DNA of 64,000 nucleotides from the human T2T-CHM13v2.0 reference genome, Homo sapiens. The notes beneath the pieces are model-generated. The model saw only the letters and a list, made by a program, of their open reading frames with translations, was not told where the DNA came from and made no database searches. Where the stretch lies: assembly GCF_009914755.1 (NCBI RefSeq), contig NC_060928.1; one strand, given 5' to 3'. The first letter of the stretch is position 1. Each line of letters begins with the position of its first letter. The position numbers and the translations under genes are program-made. Shown here in pieces: positions 1 to 12,565 of this stretch.

Positions 1-644
1 CAGCAGTAGAAAAAGGTTAAAGAATTTATGTCACATCCATTTAGTTTAATATTATACCACCTTAAAAACAGTATTATAAAAATCAAGATTATTAAAATCA
101 TGATTTGTTAAACTGTATTTATTAAAAATCATTAACAGAGTGTTCTTGGATCTTAGACACAAAGGGTTAAGTTAATCACCCTGTTTATTCCATACTATCA
201 TTGATTTTCTCACTTTACTGAAAGTTTATTCCTTTTTATTCCTATATTCCACTCCCATTTTCATAGTATCCCCACTACATGCACTACAAATATAAAAACC
301 ATTTGTCTTAACATTCAATTTTATGTAATGTACATTTTTGATTCTATGTATTTTTATAAAATGTGTGCTCCTTTCTGAGTATTTTTAATTTATGTAAATG
401 GGTTGTTATATTTTATCTACATTTTATAAATAGCATATTAAATATCTGTTTCTTTTTCATTACACATTGTTTAAATATTTACCCATATTACTATGTACAC
501 ATCTATTCACTGTTTCTATTTACTAGGTAAAACATGTAGCAAATTACATGAAATAGCAGAGTATGAATATATATTGTGATATATAGTATATATATAGAAT
601 ATGTATTACAATATATATATATTCCATGATTACAGCAGAGGACA

Positions 645-1204
645 TGAGTTACAATTAATGCTCTTTTAGCAGTTGCCATCTGCAGATGGCTAAGTGTTAA
701 CCAGCTCAGTGGAGAGTCAGGGTGACAGTCTTTCACACTCATCCCTCTTGGTACTGGGGTCCCTGTCTGGCATCCGGGAAGAATCAGGTGACATGGACTT
801 GAAGGATGGTGAATGTGGACGTTTTATTGAGTGTGGAGGTGGCTCTCAGCAGGGTGGGGAGCTGGAAAAGGGATGGAGTGGGAAGATTATCCTCCCCTGT
901 AGTTCAGCTGTCCCCAGTCAAACTCCTCTCCAGCAGTCCAGCTGCCTCTTCAACATTCAGATGTTTCTTCCCTTCTCTCCTCTACTGCACAACTCTGCTC
1001 CTCTGCCAGTGGACTTTGGGGTTTCTGAGGGTACAGGATGCAGGGGCGTGATGGGCCAGGGTGATTATGAAAAAAGCAACATTTGGGCACGAAAACAGGA
1101 ATAACTGTTCTCATTTAGGGCCACAGTTTCCAGGCTTGAGGGTGGGGGCTTTGCTGGGGAACCGCCCTCTCTACCTAGTGTTTCCTTGCCTCCTGTCTGT
1201 ATCA
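645..1204 (-). mobile_element. Solo ERV1 LTR (LTR1/LTR27/MER61/MER52-related group)
   Basis: Reverse complement starts TGATACAGACAGGAGGCAAGGAAACACTAGGTAGAGAGGCGGTTCCCCAGCAAAGCCCCCACCCTCAAGCCTG, matching the remembered 5' end of this LTR group. It is homologous to the element at 9913-10679. Left boundary is approximate and subfamily is uncertain. Confidence 0.75.
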
Positions 1205-2261
1205 GTAATATTAAAAAACTGGAAATAATTCACCAGATTTTCTTATGGTTGACTTGGTATCACACGAGTTTCTGAGTATCTTTATACTGAAAACATCAAC
1301 AACATTAAGTATATCTCATGCTTTCCTGAGAGCAGAATGAGACTTTTGGCAGAGGTTTCAGTATTTAAGTTCCTAAATTATCTTGTCTCTGTGAAAATTC
1401 TGCATTATCCATAGTTGTCAATCTGATTGGACAGGATATATGCTAATAAAAATTTCACTTTTAAAAATTATCACCCAAATGTTTTCTATGGTGTGGATAT
1501 CCACTCAATTGTATGTTTTCTAGACATAGAGTACTTCTTCCTACTCTTTCAATCCAATTTGTTTATTTAAAAAAAGTATAGTCTTTCAGAAAAATATTCT
1601 AGTCTCTAAATATTTTAGAGAAATATGATCTGATTGTTATCACCAAATTCATTGTATTTAATACTTTACATTAAAATATCAAGGTTTTTTTTCTTCTTAT
1701 CAATACACTTTACATTGGTATATCAACCAAAAACACATATAGTTATTTTGTATTATTTCATATTATTTTCTTTTGAGAATTATTATATGTCCTTCACTTT
1801 ATTCACTTTATTTCACACCTATAAGTTAACTTCTTTCTTTTTAAATTTAATTTAAAGCTTTGAGTTCAGGTAGGTTGAAGTTTCCTCAGTCCAACATGAT
1901 CTTCATAGGTCTTATGAGATGATTATGATTCCTAGCTAGGAACTCACTGCCCAAGTTTGTAAAAGCATTGTCCAGAAATCCAATGGTTGCTTTACAGAGT
2001 CAGTTATTGACTTTCTATATCTATACTTTCTTTCCAAGGAAGCCAATGTCAAGTGGATAAGAGAGAGATAACACCCTGTCTCTTTCCCTAACTCTTCCAT
2101 TTTCTTACCCAGTTTTTCAAAGCTGCTAAATTCCAACTTTTTTTTTTTTGGCTCAAAAGCAATATTGTATGTGTTATAATGATGGTGTATATAAAAAGAA
2201 TAGTGATGCCAGGAAGCAAATCTAAATCAGTAAAATATAAAAAACCCATTTGTCTTAACTA

Positions 2262-2420
2262 AAGAAACCATAGAAGCCTTTCCCCCCTCCTTTTTCCTAC
2301 TAGGTTAGGTACATAAACCCCTAATTCTAACCATCCTTCTAAGTTACTCATCATTGAGTATGTTGTATATGCAAATATGTAGGTATGTATGTTGTATATG
2401 CAAATAAATATTTTCTTCTG
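2262..2420 (+). mobile_element. Old ERV1-type LTR 3' fragment
   Basis: CATAAACCCCTAATTCTAACCATCCTTCTAAGTTACTCATCATTGAG...AATAAA resembles the TATA-to-polyA part of MER67/MER90/MER92-like LTRs. Confidence 0.4.
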
Positions 2421-5244
2421 CTTCTGGAATCATGCCCATAGTCCATCCAGAAATAAGTAGGAAGGATGAAGGGCAAAGGATTTATGCCAACAATTCACTC
2501 AACAAATTAACAACAACAACAAAAATGAATCTTTTCAAAAATTAAGCAAACAATAGCTTTCCAGAGACTTCATCTAGTAGTCTTCTGCTTTCATCTGATT
2601 GGCCATAAATCTGCCTCGAGACTATCTCAACGTGCTGAAGTACCTGGGGAAGTGATTAGTTTGAACTGGGCACATAACCATGTTGAAAAAAATCAGCTTT
2701 GCTAGAAAGAAAGAGGGAGAAAAAGATGTTGGCTTGCACCAAGTAGTGTTACCACAACTGCCTCCCTGGGATAGATATAATGAAAATACTTACAGCACAG
2801 AGAAAATAAAAGCTTTCCAGCTCTATTTTATGAGAAAATAACTTGGAAAAAATGGCAGTGAAAAAATTTCAACCATTGTTTCAAAATATTGGAATGAGTA
2901 AATTTAAGAAAGTATTTTAAACTTTGAGATAAGCACAAATTTGACATCTTTTTTTTTTTTTTTTATTTCTCTACCTCCCCCCTCCCTTCCTTACTTCTTT
3001 TCTGCTTGTAAAATTATAAATGGGTCCAGAGTCTTTTCGTTGCCTAGCACATTGTTTATCAAACTGTGCTCAGGAGCATCATCAGCAGCTGCTGCAGGGA
3101 AGCAGGGCCCACAGCGGGGCTTTGATAGCCACTCCCCTTCAAACACAGCAGCTCTGCTGTTGGAGCATTTCTGTCAGGGCACTTCGAAGGGTGGTTGCTC
3201 CAAAAGAATTGGAAAGCCACCATATTAAGTCTAATTCTCTAATTTTACAGAAAAAGAAGCCAAATAGAAGTTAAGAAAATTGACCCAAGGCCCAAAGGAA
3301 CACCAGGGATTAAGCCCTGCTTTTATTTATTTTATATTTTAGTATTTCCGCCTGAAGCTGAGTCTTCTAACTCAGCTTCAACACATTGTTACTAAGTTAT
3401 CACTGTGATGGTTATTTAAAGAAATTAGCAAATTAAGAGGCTTGGAATAGAAATTCACCTTCTGAATTTTAGCCCAATTAATTGCTATATAATACATGTC
3501 TAGTGAAAAATATATTTTGGCATCAGACTCATGGTTATTTTCAGATAGAGATTTTGACTATGCAAAAAGATGACTATGAGATAACATAGCAATCTTTTTC
3601 TCCAATAATCCTACATATTCAAATTAAGGGTGAATGATTTATCCATGTGACAAGATATATGGTAAAACAATATTACCCAACACTATATTAGGCACTTGTG
3701 TCTCCTGCTTTAGGGATCTCAGAAACTTTCTGTGCCTGGAGGGTATAGTGCCAAATACCAGCCCTATATATATTCAGAAAACACTTTTCTGCATTTCCAT
3801 TACCTTTCTTCAGTGTTTTTGGCAGAAGTGGTGAAGATTTTGTTACTAGGCACTATAATAATGATGGCACTGGTGCCAATATTTTCCTCTAAGAAGAAAA
3901 TAATAATTGCATTCACTATATTTAACCTGCCTGGCCAAAATAATTTCTGCTTAAAACCACAATGATGAAGCTAGGAAGTGTGACATTTTTGGTTTTCCTA
4001 CCAAAATCAGTTAAAAATCTTGTTTTGAATTTGATATAGGTTATTATGATGAAATTCTTATTGGCTTTAATTTATTTGGCTTATGATTTTAATTATGTAT
4101 TCATTTTTATAACAGCTTGCAGCTGATTAGTATTTTGTCAGGATGGCAAGCAAGGATATGTGTATTCCTTAATATTTGCTCTGAATTATTTGTTTATTAT
4201 TCTTAATAACTTCTTGAAAAATCTTAATCAGAAAGAAGTTATAGAACAAAGAACTCCAGCCTTGGTCATAACATGAGGAAATAATTTTAGCATTCTGAAA
4301 ATATGCTGAAGGATGAGACCAGCAAAAATAGGGCGGGGCTTCAACAGCCTTCTCTCTGTACAAACAACAGCTGGATGTGCCTGTTGCCACTGGTGGGGAT
4401 GGTAATGATGGAAAAAAAACAATGTTTTTTTTTTAGTGTTGGAAAGTTTTCAGTGAAATCATGATGTCACCAGGATATGTTTTGTCTGTGACTATAATTT
4501 GCATAAGTTCCTTCCCATGGAACTATGTAAAATACAAAGGAATGTTTTATAGTACGTTTTGCCTCTGTGATGCCAATGCTCTTAACAGTCCATGAAGTAG
4601 ACATCATGAGCAAAGAATTTCTTTTGTACATTCTCTCAAAGTAAGAACTAATGAAAAAGGAAAGAAAAAGGCTGTGCAAAGACTATAACTTTCACATTGT
4701 ACTCACAGAAACAACAAGACTGTTTTGCATTCCTGATCTTTGACTAATATTTTAACTTTGTACTACATATTTTTGAGACCAGGATCTACATTCCTTTGTA
4801 CTTATAGTTTGAGATGTGTTCTCATTTTATTGTTCTTCCTGTTATAATTACTTTGTGCGTTTTTTCAAATTCCTGTCTTTGAAAGATTTCAGTCATCAAT
4901 CAAAAAGTATTTGAGACAAATTTTGGAGGTTTGGTTTGATATGAAATAAAGAAATGTCTTGATGTAGAGTAGAGGAGTTCAAGTATCCAATAAAATGTCT
5001 GGAAATCAAGAGCCATTGAGTGCTTACCCAAGAATTTTAATTTCAAAAATACTATTTGAACCTTGTGGACATGTTCAAGTTGGCTCATAAGTCTCCATGT
5101 GAATCAGATGATATAAATAAAATAATGAGGGGCATGGTCAGGTGAAGTGGTGTAAACATCAATGTGCCAGAGACATCCATCTCTAACTTCCACAATACTT
5201 TTGCAAATGTAATAGTTGAAAATAATTATTTTACATTTACTGAT

Positions 5245-6060
5245 GACTTTTATTTCTGGTAATATAGCTGATTAGGTGATCTGAATCAACATTCCCATTG
5301 GAAACAAATAAGAAATACTGGGTAAAAGTTTTCAAAAAATTATTGAAAGCACCAAATAAGTGGGAACATTAAAAGGCTTCACAGGACAACTTCTAACAAA
5401 AAGCGGGAACCTGGAGCAGTAAGGCAATTACTGAAGCCATTTTTATCCTGAAAGCCTTTGTTGAACTCGGTAAACTTGACCTTCAGTTTTGAGGTCTCCA
5501 CTAGAACATAAAGTTCTGAAGTCAAGGCTCAGGGTCTGCCCAGGGCGAGGAGTCAAGTAGCAGCTCTTCCCTGAAAGCTGAAGTAGCAAAAAGCTATATC
5601 CTCAGGATAAAGGTGAACAGGAATTAAACTATCCCCATCCGTCTCACCCCAGAAGAGTGCAAAGAAATTGGCCTCAACCCTGAGCCAAGCTAGAGGAAAA
5701 AACAACTTCCTGAGATGTTGTAATGACTGCCAGCTGTCTCATGGATTTATAACAACAATTAACACTATCTGTATTTATCATGCAGTGTAAACTGTGATTT
5801 AATTTTCAGCAATTCTTTAATTATTTAAATGATTGGTAGTGTTTCCAGGTACCTGGCAGAAACAAACGTGAATGTTTTTTGGAGGCATCTGCCTTAACCT
5901 TAGGCTTCAAAATTGGTTACAAATAAGTAACCCCCAACACCTTGAAAAAATAATCAAAGCATACAAAGGGGAAAAAAACCACAAGAGCAGAACAAGAAGG
6001 AAGAACAGACAACACAAAGATACCTGCAAAAAATTTCTCCTATTTTTGAAGCAAATATGA
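5245..6060 (+). mobile_element. Ancient L1M 5' region fragment
   Basis: GACTTTTATTTCTGGTAATATAGCTGATTAGG start followed by A-rich sequence, as in old L1M 5'UTR/ORF1 regions. Confidence 0.45.
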
Positions 6061-6371
6061 GAAAACAAAGTCCTCTGAATATTCAAAGCCCGACCCTCCT
6101 TATACCCTCTGACGGAATATAATCGACTGTGTTATTTCTCCTTTCCACCATTATTTTTGTTTACTCACTTCTTGTTTACAAAGAAATCCTCCTGTATTGA
6201 AAGAATAATGTAGGGCCTCATGCTGTAGGGCCTCATTCAAAGTCTCTTTGAAGAAAACAGTGAGACCAGAACAGATACAGGAGCTTTTCAAGTTTAACAT
6301 ACAGAAATTTAAATTGCCATTTTGCCAAGGTTAACACATTGAACATCAGCAATTTTATATGCTTCAGCATA

Positions 6372-6690
6372 GTATATTAGTTGAGCTAAGCTGCTGTTTC
6401 AAGGAGACATTAAATACAGAGAATCAAACAGTATAGTTTAGTTATCTTTCAAGTAATAGTCCAGATATGATTAGCTCATGGCTTATGAAGCAACTCTCTT
6501 ATCCTCAACATAAGACTTTCAAAGTTTCTCTAATTTTTCCATTTTATAGCCATCTAGCAGAATGAAAGATGAAGCCCAGGGCAAACACATTTCTCTAAAA
6601 AGAGTTAAGAGAAAAGTTGAACACATTTCATTTGTTTATATCCCAGTGGCCCCAAATTAGTTAAATGGGGTCGTCCCTAATTTCAAAATC
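6372..6690 (-). mobile_element. Old MaLR LTR (MLT1J/K-like)
   Basis: TATATTAGTTGAGCTAAGCTGCTG start and CCCAGTGGCCCCAAATTAGT segment resemble the reverse MLT1 consensus. Confidence 0.45.
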
Positions 6691-7104
6691 TGTGCCCTCA
6701 ATAATTTCTCCTCTTATTTTCTCCTTTATTGAGGTTTCTGTTCTACTTATTATTATTTTTGTTTGATTAGAATCCTTTATCTAGCAATTATCTCCAATGG
6801 AGTATACTGTTTTAAAAACATTTTTGAATCCTTGGATATTGATACATATCTTTTTTTTTTTCATGCTGCCAAATGTTCAATTCTCTTCTCATTTCCTGTA
6901 TTGCAGATAAGGTCAATGTGAAATATTATTTTCTGTATTCCTTTGTAAATAACCACTTCTTTATGTTTGGAGGCGTATTACGATGTTTCCTTGGAATTCA
7001 GGGTTTTATCAGGATATATGCAATATTAACATGTGTCTTTTTTTTCAGAGACCTTCCTGGAACTCAGTGAGCCTTTCTAATTTGAAAATTCAAGTCATCC
7101 CTCT

Positions 7105-7517
7105 TGTTAAATAACTAAATTTGGCCTAAAGCTGCTTTTGTAATGTGACTTGCAACCTAACCTAGTATGCAAACAAACTGCAACCTAACTTGAATATATT
7201 CTTATAACAAATAGTTTAGTCCCAGCCAATCACAGCAGCTGAGCTTCAGCCAATCATAGGCTACCAGCTGGTTAGATCATGTCCATATCAGACAAATGCC
7301 TCATCACACCATGCCCAAGTAAGACAAACACGGAGCTATAACCAATCAGTCTGTTTCTTTACATCACTTCCTTTGTCTGTCTATAAATACTGCCTGCCCA
7401 TGTTCTTTGGTGGAGCTCTCTGAAGCTCTCTTGGTTCTAAGCAGTGCTTGAATCATGAATTGTTCTTTGCTCAAGTAAATTCTTAAATTTAATTTGTCTA
7501 AAGTTTTTATTTTAAGA
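7105..7517 (+). mobile_element. Solo ERV1 LTR, MER57 family
   Basis: Starts TGTTAAATAACTAAATTTGGCCTAAAGCTGC and ends TTAAATTTAATTTGTCTAAAGTTTTTATTTTAAGA. It carries repeated CCAATCA boxes and TATAAA and is about 410 bp long. Confidence 0.75.
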
Positions 7518-7637
7518 GGCTACTCAAAGGAATTTTAAAACGTTATATTTTCAATGATTTCCTCTCCAACATCTGTCATTTTTCCTTCTTCTGGAACTCC
7601 TATATTCCTATTTTAGTTCTCCTTGCAAGATAGGCCC

Positions 7638-8090
7638 TATAGCAAGAAGGTAATTGAATCAAGCTGTGTTAGGCTGTGGAGCTCGCACCTGATGCATGAC
7701 AAGCTCTTTATTGTGCCCCAGCAATCATACTGTGCATTGCATACCTCAAGACTGATGACATACACTTGGCCTAGGTGAGAGTTCCCCAGCAGTTTTCCAG
7801 ACAAGATACCATCCTGGAATGATCTAGGCTTATGTACACATAAGGCCGACTTAAAAGGGGACAGGTATGATCTTGGACAATGAATGTGATTTACTTGGGG
7901 GCTATTAACTGCAACTCTGTAGACCTTAGAGGCCAGAATATTTGCACCTCCCTTGGAGAGTGTAATTGATCTTGCTGCTGCGTATTTGAATTCTTCTGCC
8001 TTTTTTCTGAACACTTTAGATGGAAACAACTTGTTTGATTTACCCAAGCAGTTTTGGCTTCTGTGCTTTATCTTTCTGTCAATTGTACCA
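7638..8090 (+). mobile_element. Probable ERVL-type solo LTR (MER54/LTR53-like)
   Basis: A GC-richer ~450-bp block interrupting old L1M-like sequence. The start TATAGCAAGAAGGTAATTGAATCAAGCTGTGTTAGG resembles remembered MER54-group ends. Confidence 0.35.
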
Positions 8091-8999
8091 GTTGTGAGTA
8101 TTTATCAATAGTCTCCATGCCCTCCTGAATCTGTCCTACAATTCTAATATGTTTTTGGTATGTTTGCCATTTATTTATATTTCTTATTCTATATTACCAG
8201 ACCTTTGAACTACCTGATCATTCAGTTTCATTGTAATTCCTTCCTCTTCGATACACCATGATTTCTTTTTAATTTAAAAAGAATCTTATTTTTTTAAGTT
8301 TAGAAAAGTTGTAACGTGTATGTGTGTGTGTATGCATGCACTATCATGAACTTCTGTATTTTTGTTATTATTTCATGGGCCCCTTGTCTTCTCTTTCCTC
8401 TAACAGTGCTGTTTCACTGTGAGACGCCTATTCTGGGTCTGGTGCTTGTTCTTCCTTTTGCTAAGTACTTTGTCCCTTTAGGGTCATTACAGTTATTCTG
8501 TACCTATTCATTGGGCTTAGTCCTGGAAGCAGAAGAGGCAGCCACCTTGTGGATAGTGGTAAAGGTGTCAGTCTTTTCTATTGGGGAAGGTGATGTATTG
8601 GTCAAGAAGTAGTCAGTATCCTGTTGAGGTCCCTTGAGGATGTCTCTGTGTTCTTTGTTCACCACAACTTCAAGTGCTAGCACTCTCCTGGCCTCAATCA
8701 ACCTACCCAGACCCCTAGTGAAAGAATCTGTGGAGGCAGAGATAAGGGCCGATTCTTTAAAAAAAAAAAAACTCTCATGAGAAACAGCATGCCCTCTTCT
8801 TTTCATAGGAACATAGTTCCCCTCAGAGCATCTTTTTGCAGGATACACTCTGTTCTGATCCTCACCTCAAGTCTGCTTTGGTTGCTCCCAAGAAGGGGAA
8901 CGAATACAATGGATTCTGAAATTTGCTCATGTGCATTAGCTGGAGTGTACTGAACCATCCTGGAAACTGAGGCAATAATATTCAATAATGGTGATCATT

Positions 9000-9168
9000 C
9001 CTTCATCTCAAAATTTTATTATTTTGTTCATCATGGATTTTTCATTAATTTTGATTTTTTTAAATATTGCATTAAAATATTGTTTATCCTACTTACTGAG
9101 ATTTGTGGCACCACTTAACTTTTGTATCCAAGGGGAGTTCCCCACTTGCCTCATCCTTGTCCCAGCCC
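9000..9168 (-). mobile_element. MER96B-like DNA transposon fragment
   Basis: Reverse complement AGGGCTGGGACAAGGATGAGGCAAGTGGGAACTC...CTCAGTAAG...TTTTAATGCAATATTT...AATCCATGATGAACAAAAT follows the MER96B consensus. Confidence 0.7.
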
Positions 9169-9912
9169 TTTCCTCCAGATCCTTCCTGCTGTGGCCACTC
9201 TGGGGACTCTCCTAACTCAGGGGAATAACTAGGGTTTGGATTGGAGGCAGGAGAACAGGGCAGACGTTTCCAAGCACTATCTTTGGAAAGATAAAAGGTA
9301 AAAAGAAAAAAGAAAAGAAAACGTGTACATAATTCTTCATCTCATCTTTAATGTTCCCATTCATATTGTTTTCAAATTTATATAAAATCAACTTTAAAAT
9401 TTAATCCTGTTTGTGGACTAAAAATATCAAACTGTATAAAAGGATACAAGTAAAAACTAATATTTTCCCCTCACTCAAGCTTCCTTCCTCAGAGGTTAAC
9501 ATCTAAAAGTTTTAGTGTAAGACTGGTTATCCTTTTCAGTTTTGGAAAATTTCATTATATTTTTTCTTCTGTCAAGCCACTTCTTCCCAATTTTTTTCTT
9601 TTCCCTCTTTGAGGGAGACATAATTGTTAGGTTTTGGGTCTTCTGAGTTGAATTGTCTTATGTTTGTGTTTCTGTCTTGTCTTTTTGTCTTTGTTGGAAG
9701 GGAGTTTCTCAAATGATATCTTCTAGCTCTTGTTTTTACTTTTAAGGCTTGGCAAGTGTAGTTTTAATTTCCATCAATTCCTTTTTCCCTGCTCCTTTTT
9801 AAATAGCAACCTACTTTTACTTAATATATCAGGAATCAAAATAAATAAAATATATTACAAATAATAGTATGAAAATATATAAAATTAGGAATTGATATGG
9901 TCTGGGAGGTAA

Positions 9913-10679
9913 TGATATGGACAGGAGGCAGGGAAATACTGTGTAGAAGAGAGAGGTCCCTGGCGAGGGCCACATGGTCAAGCCTGGACTCATGGCCCAA
10001 AGTGAGAACGTACATTCTTTTTGTCCTGCTCAAAAGTTGCCTTTTCCAAAACCACCCCTGGCCCGCCTCACCCCCGATCCTGTACCCATAAAAACCCCAG
10101 TCCCCACCAGCAGAGTGGCAGAACAGTCAAGAAGGAGAGAAGAAGCAGCTGGATATTGGAGAGAAGCAGGTTGAATTCAGAGGGATGGCTTGATGGTGGG
10201 ACCTTGGAGAAGAGTTTGGCCAGGGATGGCCAAAATCCATGGAAGACCACCTTCTCACTCCATCCCCTTTCCAGCTCCCCATCCCACTGAGAGCCACTTC
10301 CACCACTCAATAAAATCTTCCACATTTACCATCCTTCAACTTCTTTGCATGACCTGATTCATCCTGGATGCCAGATGAAGACCTGAGTGTGGGTTCAAGA
10401 GGTTGTCACAGTGACCCTCCACTGAGTTAACACTTAAGCCATCCATGGATGGCAAAGCTAAAAGAACACACTTTAACACATACCCTCTGGGGTTCCAGGG
10501 GTCCCTGACAACCCCAAGATGCTGCCATGGGCCTGCACAGAGTTCTTCTGCCAGAAGTGCTCATTCTGGCCTCTGTACCTGCTCACCTGCATGCTCCCCC
10601 TCCCACAAGAGGTTGAGAGCTTTGAGCTGAGTACATGAGTCAACTCCTTTGCAGGGGTCAAGGGAACTATCACATTTCA
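9913..10679 (+). mobile_element. Complete solo ERV1 LTR (LTR1-like)
   Basis: TG...CA termini (TGATATGGACAGGAGGCAGGGAAATACTG ... GGGAACTATCACATTTCA), internal CATAAAAA and AATAAA, and a probable 4-bp TSD GTAA/GTAG. About 770 bp. Confidence 0.8.
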
Positions 10680-11818
10680 GTAGGACAGGCTTCCTTGTGA
10701 AAATGACTTTTGAGCAGAAATCTAACCGATGCTAAGGAATTAGTTATAACGATGAAAAATGACCTAGTCAAGTAGGAGGAGGGAGTAAGAGCAGTTCAAA
10801 AATAGGATTATAGTTGCCTGCTCAAAGGCTTCTTTAATGGCCAACACATTTACAGTTATGATTTCTTCTCTGCCCATGGCTTCAGGGCAACCCATAGGTT
10901 TGATATGTAGCACTCTAACCTGAGTGTGTAAATGTTCTTTAGCTGCAATTTTATGTACCTCACTGACACAAAAGTAAGTTAGGGACTATTTTCCAGTCTA
11001 TGTATGTTGGCTCTTATGTTGTTGTTGTGGATATTTTATGTTTAACTTTTTGATTTTTTTCAGTATTACTTGAAAATGTAGTATATATATTTTCAACATT
11101 TAAGCATTAATTGAGATCTTTTATGACAAAATAACATTTGTAAATATACCATAGGACCTCAGTAAATAGTTTACTCAATTTGGAATGTACTAAATCCTAT
11201 GCATATCTGTTATTAAGCTATCTTAATTAGATTATAAAGAGATCTATATTTTCATTTATTTTGGGCCTATGTAGGTCATAAAAGTATTTAAATATATGTC
11301 AAAGTTCCCATGACAATATTAGTAGATATATTCATGTTTTAACAGTTTTGACTTTGTATGTCTCTATAAAATATTATCCTGCTAATAAAGTTTCATAGCT
11401 GTTATTTCTTATCAATATTAGATAACTTTTTTCTTTTTAATGAGTTTTTTTACCTTGAAATCACTTTTGTCTGAATTGCTATTATAACCTTTGCCTTTGC
11501 TTAATAAATCTCTCTCTAGCTTGCATTTTTAACCACGCTCTATAACCTTTGAGGAACCTGTGTTGTAAAAAATTAATGTTAGACTTTCTTTCATGTAACA
11601 TGAAAAATATTACTATTTTAAATTCAGATGAATACACTAAACTATTAAATTTGGAATTACGTATTTTCTTCAACTTTTTAAAAACTTTGCCTTTAGTTTT
11701 GTAGCTAGATTTACAGTTGTTTAGTTTTAACAGTATGGTTAACTGTTTTCAATTAAATTATGTCATCCACATCCTTCAGTTCTTAATTTTTATTCATCTC
11801 TAGGTCCTCATATTTTGA

Positions 11819-12210
<392 letters not shown>

Positions 12211-12399
12211 TAGAAGATGTCTTAGACAGCTTGATATTTTTACTTTATAATCAATTAACTAGCTCTGCTGGATGCTTTTAATACTTTTATGTGTAATAAT
12301 ACAAAAATTTGGCCTATTTCTAGGTGTAAATATTTATTTCTAGAGTCCATGGAAAGCTCTTTCAATATACATGCATAAAATAGTATATAGTCATTAAGG

Positions 12400-12565
12400 A
12401 CATATTGTTTTCTGTCATACAGTCCTAGGAACAGTTTAACAAGTACTTAACCATTCTAAGGCTCAGTTTTCTCCTCTCTAAATGAGACTAATACATACTA
12501 GCTCAGAGGATTATTTAAGAAATTAAATGAGATAATTCAGGATGCCTGGTAAGAGCACATATTAA
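12400..12565 (+). mobile_element. MIR
   Basis: Contains the MIR core CTCAGTTTTCTCCTCTCTAAATGAGA...ATTAAATGAGATAAT. Confidence 0.65.

Noticed and set aside
694-1104. 136-aa ORF, and similar ORFs at 9836-10673
   Set aside because: They lie within or largely overlap GC-richer ERV1 LTRs and are chance open frames.
6209-6236. Short tandem duplications (also 2358-2406 and 36067-36101)
   Set aside because: These are ordinary slippage-type duplications with no further structure.
7637-8047. 136-aa Cys-containing minus-strand ORF
   Set aside because: It starts at a non-ATG codon, coincides with a probable LTR, and has no convincing domain match (the PLA2-like impression lacks the catalytic His-Asp).
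645-10679. Two related LTRs as the ends of one provirus
   Set aside because: They are in opposite orientation, differ in length and sequence, and enclose no gag/pol/env remnants.
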